The notes under the pieces are model-generated. The model searched no databases and was not told where the DNA came from. It saw only the letters and a list, made by a program, of their open reading frames with translations. This document shows positions 39,868 to 52,952 of a stretch of 64,000 nucleotides of DNA, piece by piece. Made by a program: the position numbers and the translations under genes. Within the stretch, counting starts at the first letter, position 1. The number at the start of each line of letters is the position of its first letter. The stretch is from Podarcis gaigeae (Eukaryota): NCBI GenBank assembly GCA_964106915.2, contig OZ066915.1. The stretch is one strand, 5' to 3'.

Positions 39868-42617
39868 TCCTAATTCAGATCACCCTGTGGCACATGCTAT
39901 TCCTTCCATTGGAAATAGCAGGTCTGGTAGTGGTGCTTGTGCCTAAGATTGGGAACATACTTGAGGCAAAGGATAAAGCCCTCTTCCCCACCATTTTTTC
40001 TTTTTTATGCCACGGTGCTGATCAGGTTTGGGTGTCACTGCAATGGCAGCATTAAAGGTCAAATCACATGGATAACATCACAGCTAGTTTGGCCTTCAGA
40101 GAAGATTCATTTTCTCCTTCATTGAAAGTCCACTTAGTTGACAGTTATCTGAGCATGGTGAACTGTTTATAAGATCAGGATGTTTACCGCAAAGGGACTA
40201 CAAGACAGTCACTCCACAGTGGGACCCGTTATGTCCAATATGGGGTCCAAATAGTGTGCTTTGGGCTGGCCATGCCTTTTTCTCAACAAAAATAGCAGCT
40301 GCAACAATCCAGATATAGAGTAGGACCAAAGCTGTTATTTCAGTGTCAAATGGCCACTTGGGAAGGGGAATGTGTGGGGAAACACATGGGCAGGCACTCT
40401 TTGGAATGTGTTTTTAAACATATTAACATCATGTGTGGTTTGATCCCAATACCAACTTTGCCTAAGTGTCTGAAAGAGCCATTGTATGTGTGCTTTAGAG
40501 GCAGAAGCACCTGGCATCAAAACAAGAGTAGACATATAAGAAAGAGGTTCCCAATCTAAACTGAAGAGGACTGTCCTCTGTAAAGCAGGGCATCCTATAA
40601 CATCTTCTCACCCCTGAGATCCATGATCTCATCATCATGCCCTTTGACCAAGTTGCATATATTATTTTTCAATCATAATTTATATACTGCTTAATCATCC
40701 ACAGCCTCTAAGCTGATTCCATCTTTTAAAGAAAAATCAAATGCCGTATAAAGCAGTATATCAAAAGTAAAGAGAAAACCAGTAAAGTTGTAATGAAAGG
40801 CATCACAAAGCAACACATAAACAACAGTTTCTAACACAAGCAGACTGTATAAGGTCTTTTGAAAGCTAATTTCAAAATAACGAGTCACTGTGGACTACCA
40901 AATTGCCAAAAGACCAGACACTACTGGAACTGTGTTGTCCTTTCCAAAAAAAATAAGGGCAGGGGGAGAGGGAACAATCAGAACTTTGGAAAATTTCAGA
41001 CAATCACTTTGATCAACCACGCCTAAGAGGCACCATCTGAAGTAATGTGAGCCATCCCCCATGAGAGACCTTAGTGGAGAATGATTTAATTTTTTAAAAG
41101 GTACAAAATAAACAGCTCAGCTACAGTTCTCTCGCATCAACTGACAGTTAGTGCTTCTCTTAGGCCAAGGGTGGTGATGAGCCACTAGTTAAATCTGACT
41201 TCTTAAATAAAAACCGCAGAGTTTAAATACTTGTTTATAAAAAAAAAATTAGCACCATCCTTTAGGCTACAATCCTATACATACTTCATAACAAGCCCCA
41301 TGGAATGGGGCTTACTTCTGAATGGATATACATGAAAGTAATGCAATGTTTCATTCTTCTGACAAGCCATGCATTCTACAATCATTATTTCAGAACGAAA
41401 AAATATATTTCAAGCAGAGCCAGGCAAATCTTTGTGGGATGATTTTACTTTTCTTTTTTTTCAACATATGCATATACTCCTTGGGAAAATCAGAATGGCA
41501 TGCAGAACCCACGGCAGAAGCCTATGCAAAAACTCCAAGGTCTGAGTTTGTGTGCAAAAGGATTAAACCAAATCCATTTGTTCAAAATCAAATTATGTTG
41601 TCTACAAATATAGATGCCTTACTGGAGAACAACGCACATTTGCTTTATTATTTTCATGAGTTCAAATCCATATTTTATGGATTCTCCACACACACACACA
41701 CACACACATTTTGTTTGAATTTCTTCTATCAATTGAAAATAAGCTTTAATAACTGACCAAAAAAAAATCACCATAATTGCTTTTATAAGAAAAAGGTCAA
41801 AAACTTTGCAATCACACTGCATTCTCTTTTAAAACTCATTCATTTATCTTTATTATTACAAAAGAAACTATGGATATTGGAAGACCCAGGAGAAGTTCAG
41901 CAAATTATTGACTGCTGTCCATTGTAAGGCTTAATGTTGACAAGACTGTGCATTTCACATTCCAGTCGAAAAGGTCAGAAACACCAGCTGGAATGAAAGA
42001 TTGTTAGATTTCAGCATGCCAAGTAAAGGAAGGCTGTTATTTCAAGCTGTTTGTCAGCCAGGCAATTAGAAATAATCCAGAGCAGGATAAACTGGGATGT
42101 AGCATGTCTATAAATTTATTAAGTGCAAAATAATTACAGGGTCCCTAATCTTTTACTGCATATTTATCTATTACTACATAAATGGATGCTAGTTCTTTTC
42201 ATCAAATCGGCTGTCAGGTGCTCTGTATCTCCCTCCGCTACACACCTGAAGTCCAAGCATCATAGAAATCTGAGGAGTGGTGAAGATAATGGCGCTCAGG
42301 CAAAGCCACAAGGCCCCTCACAATTTCAGGTCAGACACTCCTTCTCCCATAGAAGTCAATTGTACAGGGATAAAACAGCAACAATGGAGGTAATGAGAAA
42401 ACCTGCCTCTGCCCTTTACATTGGGGCTACATTGCCTCAGTTGATTTAATGCTGATGGGCGGTTTGCTAATACTAAGTATGATATGCCAGAGATCGGGAG
42501 AAATGTAAAAATGGTTGCTTTCTTTTTTTAAAAAGCAACCCAACAACAAAAGATGGAGTCACCTCTAAAGACAAGTTAACTAGTGAAGCATTGTTTCCTA
42601 AACACGGATATGTTTCA

Positions 42618-43082
42618 TGTTGTTGTTGTTCAGTCATTTAGTCGTGTCCGACTCTTCGTGACCCCATGGACCAGAGCACGCCAGGCACTCCTGTCTTCCA
42701 CTGCCTCCCGCAGTTTGGTCAAACTCATGCTGGTAGCTTCAAGAACACTATCCAACCGTCTCATCCTCTGTTGTCCCCTTCTCCTTGTGCCCTCCATCTT
42801 TCCCAACATCAGGGTCTTTGCCAGAGAGTCTTCTCTTCTCATGAGGTGGCCAAAGTATTGGAGTCTCAGCTTCAGGATCTGTCCTTCCAGTGAGCACTCA
42901 GGGCTGATTTCCTTCAGAATGGATGCGTTTGATCTTCTTGCAGTCCATGGGACTCTCAAGAGTCTCCTCCAGCACCATAATTCAAAAGCATCAATTCTTC
43001 GGCGATCAGCCTTCTTTATGGTCCAGCTCTCACTTCCATACATCACTACTGGGAAAACCATGGCTTTAACTATACGGACCTT
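42618..43082 (-). mobile_element. 5'-truncated BovB LINE
   Basis: Open 151-aa frame KVRIVKAMVFPVVMYGSESWT...VTKSRTRLND*; (CAA)n tail. Confidence 0.95.
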
Positions 43083-43314
43083 CATAGCAAGGAAAATTAG
43101 TCACCAGTAGCCTTCCGTCTCATATTATACTATCTTGAGTTGATGAAGTTGTAAAGTAAAAGTGCCACAATGGACTAGTGGGTGGGGGTTCTTGAAGTGG
43201 GAACCCCAAAAGCACAAGCAACAGCCCTTGATGTCTCAAGTAAATTGGGTGGAATCTATCTGCTGAGCTGCAGCAGGAGTCACTCATATAGCAAGCAAAA
43301 CTGGGGACATGAAC

Positions 43315-43615
43315 AGCACTTGCCTTCCCCCCGCCCATGATGGAACTCAGCCTACTCAGTGGTGGCACCCCAGCTGTGACATGCTCCCCAGGGAGACTCC
43401 CTTGACATCCACCCTGATGTCATTCTGGTGGCAGGCAAAGCATATTTCCCCAAGTTTCGTGATTCTCTGTACCTTGTCACTTGTTTTAATTCCGCTGGCT
43501 GCTTTTATCCTGCTCTTTTATATTGTGATGCTTTAATGTTGGAGTTTTAATGTTGTTTTCTTGTACTTTTAACTTTCTGCAAGCCAGTCTGGGGATCTAA
43601 TAAATGGCTGGGGTA
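43315..43615 (+). mobile_element. Degenerate L2 3' end
   Basis: GTGGTGGCACCC..CTGTG...GCTCCCCAGGGAGAC, then a T-rich 3'UTR and GGGGTATA tail. Confidence 0.5.
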
Positions 43616-43617
43616 TA

Positions 43618-43853
43618 CAGTGGTACCTCGGGTTAAGAACTTAATTCGTTCTGGAGGTCCGTTCTTAACCTGAAACTGTTCTTAACCTGAAGCACCACTT
43701 TAGCTAATGGGGCCTCCCGCTGTGCCGCCACCACGTGATTTCTGTTCTCATCCTGAGGTAAAGTTCTTAACCTGAGGTACTACTTCTGGGTTAGCAGAGT
43801 CTGTAACCTGAAGAGTCTGTAACCTGAAGCATCTGTAACCCGAGGTACCACTA
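43618..43853. mobile_element. pogo/Tigger-like MITE
   Basis: TIR CAGTGGTACCTCGGGTTA, TA TSD, subterminal TCTGTAACC(TGAAG) x3; same family as 50150 and 53707. Confidence 0.9.
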
Positions 43854-46070
43854 TAAACGACATAAAAATTAAACATGGTGCTTGCCTTTTAACTATAGGC
43901 TGCAAGACTTCAGATCTCCACTGGACGAGTATTCTGAGATCTGGCCTGTAGGCAGCAGACTTCCCTTATCCTTAAGAACAACCCTGAGGCACAGGCACAC
44001 TCAGCTTTTCCTATTTTTGAATCCAAATCCTCACTTTCATATATTGCGTGGCTGTCATGGCAAAGGGACTGCTACCCATCATTTTCATTTCAGCATTCCT
44101 TTTAAATGTGGCCCTGTAAAATTCAGTCTTCAATTATCCCAATAAGCAACAGGACATGGGAAATTTATGTTTACACTGTATGATGTGCATATCCTATCAA
44201 TAAATGTCCATCTTACCTTGGTACAGTAAGCTGGTTTCTACACACATTCACACATCCAGGAAAGCAAGAGTCCTCATCAGAGGTCAAGGGCACAATCCAG
44301 CCATGCAAAAACACTCAAGGAAGGTGCTAAACAAGGTGTGGTTTGGGGAGAAAGGCCGTGTCTGAGGGAAAGGGTGTGGCCTGGAGAAAGACTCAAGAGC
44401 CAGAAAGAAAGGCCCAGAGGGCTGCATTGGGCTTGAGGTTCCCTAGTCCTGGTCTATGCTGGGATAAACACTTTTAAACTAGACTTCTAATAGGACGATG
44501 GACTAGCTTGTATTGTAAAGGTATTTCGTTTTAGAATTTCCTATCCCTAAAGTTCTTATTTACAGTTAAGAAACTGTTGCACAATTCAATGCAGATTATA
44601 ACCAGTCAACAATCTACTACCACTGACTTTTTTCTGACCAGAAACATACACAGAATCCATAAGAATTTTGCTTCCATTTATGCAAATGTCAAGTCATTTC
44701 TAGCAAGAAGTAGGGCAACTGATCTTATACCCCCTGATACTTGGGGCAAAAAAAATTGAGTTCCTTGTATGGCGCTGAACCATAAATTCAAGACATATTA
44801 GCATACTCTGGCCTGCTTAAATAGAGGCTGACTCACAAGACTTTGGAAGCTAGTATCTATAAGATGACATTGTTAGGCTCCTTTACTGTGTCTCTCTCTG
44901 GGACAGTCTTTTAACCCACTCATTAAGGAGATTAGCTACTAAAAAGGGATATGTAAAAGAGAACCAACGGCTAATTAACATGATGGGTTGGCATCCCACC
45001 CCTCCACTTCCTTCCACTGAAATAGTTAATGAGTAAAATGTACTGTTTTCTTTTTTGCTGTTTCTTTAGGAACAGATGTGGCATTTTTTTCTGGTATTTG
45101 ACTGATATTAACTTTTTTTTTTACTTTTTTTGCCTTTCAAATATAAGATTAAACTGCATGTAGCCACTTGCTTGCGCAGTGAGGCTGGAATCCTTGGTAC
45201 ACTTTCCTTTTAGGTAACACATCAGTGCCCATCCCTCCCCTTTCGCAGTTATCTGCATTTCAGTTTGTCCCTGGTCCTTAATGTTCCAGGGATACACATG
45301 GCGATTTTATTTTTTGGAAAGAAAGAAAAAAGGTTTAAGGTGAAAAGGTTTAGCTCTGGGAAAAGAAAACACTCATGATGCCTTTGAGTCGGAATAAGGC
45401 AGCTTCCTATGTAAAGGAAGAACAGCTGCAATTAAGGAAATCCCAAGATGTTTATTCCAACTAATTGCAGGAAGGGTAGTAACAGTTTAATAAGATACCA
45501 ACTTTTAAATGAAGAAGGCAGGAAGCGGTGTGCTACTTACTGAGTGCTCTTAGGATGAGTTACAGACAGTAGCAGCTATCTATTCAACAAACAGCTAGTG
45601 CAGTAATCTCCCCAGAAGATTCCTGCCATACATTCAACGGTAATAGAAGAGTACATGGGCCAAATCCTAAAATTATAAATCCTAAAATTTAAGTAAGTAC
45701 AGGCACACACACACACACCCCGTTTACGCACGTTCAATATGTGTGCAACTGCACATACACGCCTCGTGCCAAACCCAGAAGTGACCCGAAAACCTCACAA
45801 AAACGTCACAACGTTACAGTTGTGTCTCAAGCACTAAGGACGGTAACCTTTGCAAGAAAAGGAGGGGAAGAGACCTCCTACCACTAAGCAGCAGTATCTG
45901 CAGCAGCAACTTCCAGGCAATGAAGGTTAGGGCTCAAGAGGATTTGAGCTTGGAGCTTCATGTGCAACATAGATTACATGTAAATGCAGATCTCTCAGAA
46001 ATAACATTTTTCTTTCTGGAGCATGAGTCCTCCATTTCTCCCCATAACTGCTGGTCCCCCATACAAATAT

Positions 46071-46164
46071 TGTTGTTGTTTAGTCGTTTAGTCGTGTCTG
46101 ACTCTTCGTGACCCCATGGACCAGAGCACACCAGGCACTTCTGTCTTCCACTGCCTCCCGCTAT
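46071..46164 (-). mobile_element. Very short (about 90 bp) BovB 3' tip
   Basis: BovB terminal sequence plus (CAA)n; 10-bp TSD ATACAAATAT (46061-46070 and 46165-46174). Confidence 0.9.
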
Positions 46165-48647
46165 ATACAAATATAGCCTGGGGTAATTCACTCCTCACTT
46201 GTTTACATGATGCACTGCTGCCTACTAAATGCCCTGCACACCCTCTGAGCTGGGAAAAGGAATGCAGTCCATATTTGACCCCCAAACAAAAGGAAAGGGA
46301 AATGATACACAGTATGAAGTAACTATATTATACTGCAGTGCCACGTTCATAGAATAAGAGTTCTTGGTTCTACTTGCTTCCAGAATATTGCCGATGAATA
46401 GAGAAGAATCAAGGACTGAAAGTGAGGGTTGGACTGGGGTTGAATTAGAAAACAGCTGTGCTTCTTTTGTTAACAGGGGCAATGATTAAGCATTGGCACA
46501 GACTGTAGATTCTCCATCAACTGCAGTCTTTCAATTTTGCACTGGATGCCCTTCCAAAGGTTATTCTTAGACAAACACCATTTAATTAATTTTATGTAAC
46601 AGCTAAATAGGGAAAGGCACTTAACTTAGGACACATACATCTAAGTGATCTCAAAAGTTCCATCTGACTAATTAAACATCACAGGTAAGAAGGCTGGGGC
46701 AGAGGGCTCTTTAGGACTGCTCTGTTTTGTGATGAGAATCCTTACTTGGAATAAACTCCATTCCAAGAAAGCCCAAGAATGAATTTTCTCAAGAAGGTTC
46801 ACTCACCTTTTCTGTATTCCACATGGTTCTTTGACCATATATGTATGTAATGAACCCCCACATATATGTATGTAATAAACCCAAGTGTTAACATTTTTGA
46901 AGTAGAGTTTTTCTTTTTATATATATACAGCACGTCTTCACATCTGGACTCTTTTCTGGCCTCTCCACAATAGATTATGACTTTTATGAATGTAAAGGCA
47001 GCCTCCTAGCATGGAACAGAAATGGCTTTCTCCCTTTCTGCCACAGGGGCAAGTTATGTACAAGCTTATTCCAAGGACTTCTCCTTGTTCCTTTTATGAG
47101 CTAATGCTCTGTGTTTTTTAACTAAACAGTCATATATGGCTGCAAACAGCTTTACAGAAACAAATTGTTTTAATTATGGCAGCCATTGTAAAACCGTATT
47201 AAAAAAGCGTCAGCTAAAAGCGCGGGGAGAACCTCCGTGCTCCAGAGAGGCTGCAACATTAGCTGGATGGCAACCCCAAAGATCAAACATAGGAAAGCCA
47301 CACATATACTGATCCTGCAAACTCACTCAAACCCTCTTTCAGTAAAGGCAGAGAATAAACTCATATCCTGATCCATCTTGTGTAGAAAACAGAGCATTAG
47401 GGCCAAACCAGGAAAGGTACCGGATATCTGTGATAAAAAAAATTCTTTGAACTTGAGCTACAGAAGCTATAAGATAAAGAGTGTCTTATTAGGACCATGG
47501 CACAGGGGAAGGTTTAATTTCAAAAACACTTTCACACAGTGCCGTTTTGCAGACCAAAGGCCCCCGCAAACCCCAAACCCTTTCCTAAAGTTGATATTTG
47601 GAATGTTAGGGGACATGTACACATACCAAAGTTGTATGCAACTTTGAGGGGGGCACTTTTCATAAGGAAAACAATGCTGGGGAAGAGAATTAAACCCTCT
47701 TCCATGCCAGCAGTACCATCCAATCTCCCATGTGTCCTGAGGCTGCTAACAGAGGGGTAGACTTTGGTGATCTTTGGTAATATGGCGCCCTGAGCAAGGC
47801 CAAAATGTGGTGCCCCCAAATGAAGCTTCTCCATTATGGATATTCTCCATTTTGTACCCCCACAGCTCAGTGTCTTGTGCAGGGGAACAACCTGCACTGA
47901 CCTAAATCTGGCACTGCCTAACATTTAAAGCAATAGCGGGGAACTTCTGACTCATTGGGTCATTTTCCTCAAATCACCCGCAACTGCCTCACACCCAGTA
48001 TTGTATGTGGCATCTGATATGGGTCAAATAAAGACATAGCAGCAAAGGAATAATCAGGAGTTTAACTTCAGGTTGTTCCCTGAAAGCCTTGTTGGTCTAC
48101 AGAGGTGAAAAAATTGTCCATTTTCAGATTGGGAGCAAGCCCCTTTGAAGCTGTCACCCAACCTGGTGATGTCAAGTGACTGACACTTGTCAAAAATGGC
48201 TCACAGAAGGTGGGGCAGTTCTTCATCTGGCTTTTGGGCTGTAAAATGTTCCTTCCCCTGATTTAAAGAAACTGGAGATCACATCACAGAGATCTCCAAC
48301 ACCTAGTCTAGTTTGGACCTTGCCCCATATTGTAGTCAGAGCCCAGGGACACAATCAGAGATAAGTGCCTTTTATCCTTTCCACCATAATGTGATAAACA
48401 GATGCCTATTTGTGAAGAAAAACAGATGCTGACATAAAGGGTGTTGTCCAACATTAGTCATACAATTAATATTAGTTCATGGATTTCAGTGGGTCTACTC
48501 TGAGTATCACCCAAACTATGTTTATTTTCTGTAATTTCTCTGCTACCAGGGAATCTGATGTCTCATCCTGCACTTGGAATTCACATTGAATACATTAGTC
48601 TAGTGTTGCTTTCGTAACTTAAGCAAAGTAGATACAAGAGACAGAGA

Positions 48648-48721
48648 GAGGGAGGGAGGGAGGGAGGGAGGAGGGAGGGAGGGAGGGAGGAAGGAAGGAA
48701 GGAAGGAAGGAAGGAAGGAAG
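48648..48721. repeat. (GGGA)n/(GGAA)n purine microsatellite
   Basis: Direct reading. Confidence 0.95.
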
Positions 48722-48880
48722 CTGCAGGTAGAACTGAAAGAGTGGAATCCGAATCTCTACAAAGCAAAATGAGTTAAAATTAAGGCTGCCCAACCAGAAA
48801 AAATGTTTATTTAACTGTTTTGCTTTTTTAACTGGTTAAAAAATAAGCATAAATGTCACTTAAACTAATATATGAGTAAT

Positions 48881-48884
<4 letters not shown>

Positions 48885-48926
<42 letters not shown>
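48885..48926. repeat. (GA)n microsatellite
   Basis: Direct reading. Confidence 0.95.
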
Positions 48927-48928
<2 letters not shown>

Positions 48929-49132
48929 TGTTAACTACAATTACAAAACAATGCATCAAATAATGTATGAGTACCTAATGAAATCAATACTTCATACTGC
49001 ATAAAACAAGTCCAAGAATGAATGTTAAACCTAAACAAAAGATGTACATCACATGGAGCACTTAAAACCCTGAGTGCCATTTCATAGAAAACTCTTTTAA
49101 CATTTCACCTCCTTACTTCGAGACAAGAGCTG

Positions 49133-49133
<1 letters not shown>

Positions 49134-49178
<45 letters not shown>
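49134..49178. repeat. (TC)n microsatellite
   Basis: Direct reading. Confidence 0.95.
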
Positions 49179-49179
<1 letters not shown>

Positions 49180-50096
49180 ACAACAAATCATTTCACCCAC
49201 CCTAGAGCAGATCACAGTAAGACAATGTGAAGGCATTGTTGCAGTGTGCTTGCAGTGAAACTGACTAGAACCTAATGGGTTTACTGTATACTGTAGAAGC
49301 AACTTTGATCTTCCTTCCCTATTCACATTCACCATTCTTTAACAATCCCAGGAACCAGTTTGCCCTTACTACCTACTGTCCTTCCTTAAACTTCGAGCAA
49401 ACGTGCTGGCCTAATTCTTTAGCAGCTTATAGAGTTCAGCTTAACATGCAAGAAACATTTTTTCCTATAACAATCTCTCTTTGGCAAAGCCTCAGAATAC
49501 TTTACTGCCACGTCTTAGTTGAAAATGGGAGGATGCCAAGAATGAGATAAGCGCAGACAGCCTTGACTGGGAAACACAAGTAAAACGCCTTCTGCAGAAG
49601 GAATTACAGCCTTTAGCAGACACCATTTTTTATTTATTTATTTATTTATTTAAATTTGTCAGCTTTTTTATTCCACAGCTTTAAAAACAAAAATGTCCCC
49701 CCCCCCCGCTTATTTTAGTTTCCTCTGCATTGTTCGCAATAGTCACCTAAGCATTAACAGTGCCTAAAGATTGTGTGCAGACATTTGATCTCAAACTGGA
49801 ATAAGCAAGGTATAATTCACTTTCTGACCACTGACTGTTCCTTCCATTGGCTGCTAATACGCGAATTCTGACTACTACATATCATATCAGCACAAGGGGG
49901 GCGGTCTACAATCCACCACCTGTTATTGTTCTCTTTCTCTCTCTTTTTCAACAACTGTTTATCTGAAAAGGCTGCATGACTCTATTGGCAATTGATGTTA
50001 TTACATGTACCCTTCTGATGAAGATGAGATCAAGAACAGCACGTTTACAAAGGCATCAACTTGCATTTAAGGCTGCATGAAATCAATACTCCTGGG

Positions 50097-50444
50097 CTTG
50101 GGTATAGCCGAGGGGGTGCAGGGGGGCAGCTGCCCCCCTAAATCAAGTACAGTGCTACCTCGGGTTACAGACGCTTCAGGTTACATACGCTTCAGGTTAC
50201 AGACTCCGCTAACCCAGAAATAGTCCCTCAGGTTAAGAACTTTGCTTCAGGATGAGAACAGAAATTGTGCAGCGGCAGCAGGAGGCCCCATTAGCTAAAG
50301 TGGTGCTTCAGGTTAAGAACAGTTTCAAGTTAAGTACGGACCTCCGGAACGAATTAAGTACTTAACCCAAGATACCACTGTAAAGCAATAAAAATACTTA
50401 ACTGAGGTTCTGACCCCCCAACATGAATCCTGGCTGCGCCCATG
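50097..50444. mobile_element. hAT-type MITE hosting a nested Tigger-like MITE
   Basis: Ends CTTGGGTATAGCC / GGCTGCGCCCATG; 8-bp TSD CTCCTGGG / CCCCTGGG. Confidence 0.7.
50150..50380. mobile_element. pogo/Tigger-like MITE (opposite orientation to 43618 and 53707)
   Basis: TIRs CAGTGCTACCTCGGGTTA / TAACCCAAGATACCACTG with TA TSD. Confidence 0.9.
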
Positions 50445-50937
50445 CCCCTGGGATCCTCAAAATCTTAGTCAATTTGAAAACCCAGGGAGTAATTAGGTGG
50501 AAACGGGAGCTAGGTTTTTCTCCCCATCTTGGAGGCCTCATCTGCGCAGCCCTGTAGAAGTTCTGTCGCCCACCATCTGGGCATTGTCCAAATACCGGAG
50601 CAGCTTTCTACGGAAATTACTTGCCCCATTCCCAGATGATGCAGTGGGTGGGGTCCCACTTTTTATGTTAAAATATGGGGCACTACTTCTGCTCTGGCGC
50701 AGAAAGTGATCTGGAGAAAATTGCTAAAACTATCAGAAACGGCAAAGGAAAGGGAGGGAGGGAGAAGCAGGTCACAACCCCCCTCTCCTGTGTGCTCATT
50801 TGCATGTAGATCCTCACTCAGAGGCACATGTTAAATGTGAACAGTACAAATATATGGGTAAAATATTATCTGAGCCTCTCCCCCCACCACACACACATAA
50901 AACAGACCTCAGCTATGCAGCCCAGAGAAGTCCTTCT

Positions 50938-51140
50938 CACAGGAACATACCAAGTGAGACCAGTGGGCACTATTGTCCAGATCAGTACAGCTCAGTATTG
51001 TCTGAACTGATTGGCAGCAGCAGCTCTCCAGGATTTCATAAAGGGGTTTCTCTCAGCTCAACCTGGTGATGCCAGGGATTGAACCTATAGCCTTCTGCAT
51101 ATAAAGCAGATGCTCAATCACTGAGCTAAGGCCTTTCCCC
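50938..51140 (-). mobile_element. tRNA-derived SINE with CR1-like tail (Squam2-like)
   Basis: Minus strand reads GGGGAAAGGCCTTAGCTCAGTGA (A box)...GGTTCAATCCCTGGCATC (B box). Confidence 0.7.
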
Positions 51141-52074
51141 ACCTCAGTCCTTCAAAAAAACCAACATAAGCAGGCTGCTTCTGCAGATGGCAGCTAAAGG
51201 TTTACTTGCTATTTGTGGTAAGGACATGGCCACCTATTTTAAATATACATTTTACATATGTATAAAGTTTTACTCCTATTAAAGCGTAATTGTTTTTTAA
51301 ATTATTATTTTTCCTATGTTTTAGCAGTTATTGCTTTTATCTGTAAGCTGTCCTAAGTCCCATCAGGGAAAAAGGTGTATAAATAAATATATATTATTAA
51401 TATTATTTCTTAAATGCTACAGGAGAAGAGTAGCATGGCAAAGTTTGAGGCAGGACCAGATGGTTCTTGCTTGTTTTGTTTCTAAATATCTCATTTATTG
51501 TGACGGCAATCCAATTTCTCTTAGTCAATATGGTTTTAACACATAATTAGAAAACTGTCAACTTGGAATCCTAGGGCTTAAAATCCCCTATAAGGGTCAA
51601 GCAAATAGATATTCTTCATATGTTCCTTACCCACCCCCACAACGGTCAAGGAACATAATGAAGGAGTAAATCCCCAGCTATGTATGGAGAGGCAGACTCT
51701 ATATGATGTTGCTGTATGATTTTGAGGAATTAGGAGAGGGGTAGTTCCAAGTTCTTGAAAGAAGTTTTCAGACCCGTTGAATAACTCCCATTCTTCTAAG
51801 TACATCTCATATTATTAATTCTAAGAGATTAATTTTAAAAAAATGTTTTCCTCCAAATGATGGGGTCAGTTTGTTATAAGGTTTTTCTCAGAAATAAGAC
51901 AGATTAAGCAAATTTTGGAGTATTATTCATTATTATTCTATCATACCCATCCTTCATCATAAAGTCCCAGGGTGGGTTGCAACAATATAACAGTACAGTA
52001 TCAAAATCAGTTAAAACAATTTGCAATTATCAAATCTACAGCTATATGTGCAGTAACTGAGACCGATCTATACA

Positions 52075-52952
52075 TTGTTGGCATCCATTTTTCTTAAGAG
52101 ACAATGGAGTGCACCTCTGCAGGTGAAGTCAAACCGCTGCATCAGAAGCACCGTGTGCCAATGTGGTGTAGTGGTTAAGAGCGGTAGACTCGTAATCTGG
52201 GGAACCGGGTTCGCGTCTCCGCTCTTCCACATGCAGCTGCTGGGTGACATTGGGCTAGTCACACTTCTCTGAAGTCTCTCAGCCCCACTCACCTCACAGA
52301 GTGTTTGTTGGGGAGGAAGGGAAAGAAGAATGTTAGCCGTTTTGAGACTCCTTCGGGTAGTGATAAAGCGGGATATGAAATCCAAACTCCTTCTTCTTCT
52401 TCACTGAAGTGACCTCCCCAGGGTGCAAGCCTGGGCAATGAGTATGGAGGTCCTGGGCTTCCAAGACAAAAAGACTCACACCCCCAAGCCTCTTTGATGT
52501 CTTCCAAAGGAAAACAGAGCAACCAGCTTGGATTCAAGAGTCTCTAGGAGGAGCTGCACAAGATGCTATCCAACTGTCCTTAGAGGCTCTACTCTGGATT
52601 TGTGTATGGCTTACTTCTTAGCCCTTTTCTTCTCCCGAAGGTATCCCTCAAGGCAGCAGCAGTTTACAAGCCCCATCTGCTCCTCACTTCCCTCTATAGC
52701 ACTTGCAGAAACTGCCTTCTTGACTGTGGGGCCCACTGTTGGTCTAGTCTGCTCAATCTGCCGGAGCCTGTCTTCGCATGCAGGAAAGTCCCTAACTCAC
52801 CAAGGGTTTGGCCAGTCAAAGCCGTCTCCCGGGATGTGTCTGCTGTTGCATGCTGGCAGCTTCCAGGAGCCACGGGTGACAGCTGAGTGCAGGGTGGGGA
52901 CCAAAGGTGTACAAACTGCCCCAGAAGGAGCATGATGTGTCCCCCACCAGAA
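52075..52952 (-). mobile_element. Non-coding RTE-related element, interrupted by a SINE
   Basis: Shares its terminal ~150 bp with 21938-22085 across the SINE insertion; RTE-like UTR motifs; no LINE ORF. Confidence 0.55.
52154..52402 (+). mobile_element. Full-length Squam3-like SINE
   Basis: A box TGGTGTAGTGG, B-box-like GGGTTCGCGTCTC, CORE-like segment, (CTT)n tail; short CAC(C/T)G duplication. Confidence 0.9.

Noticed and set aside
43795-43842. Short direct repeats as a CRISPR-like array
   Set aside because: Subterminal repeats of a MITE with no spacers, in a eukaryotic context
46800-46885. Strong minus-strand donor AAAG|GTGAGT next to a 25-bp tandem duplication
   Set aside because: No plausible acceptor or promoter upstream; the duplication looks like simple slippage
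52154-52230. tRNA-like A and B boxes as a tRNA gene (also 9610-9686 and 51060-51140)
   Set aside because: They continue into multicopy SINE bodies, with no complete cloverleaf or T-run terminator
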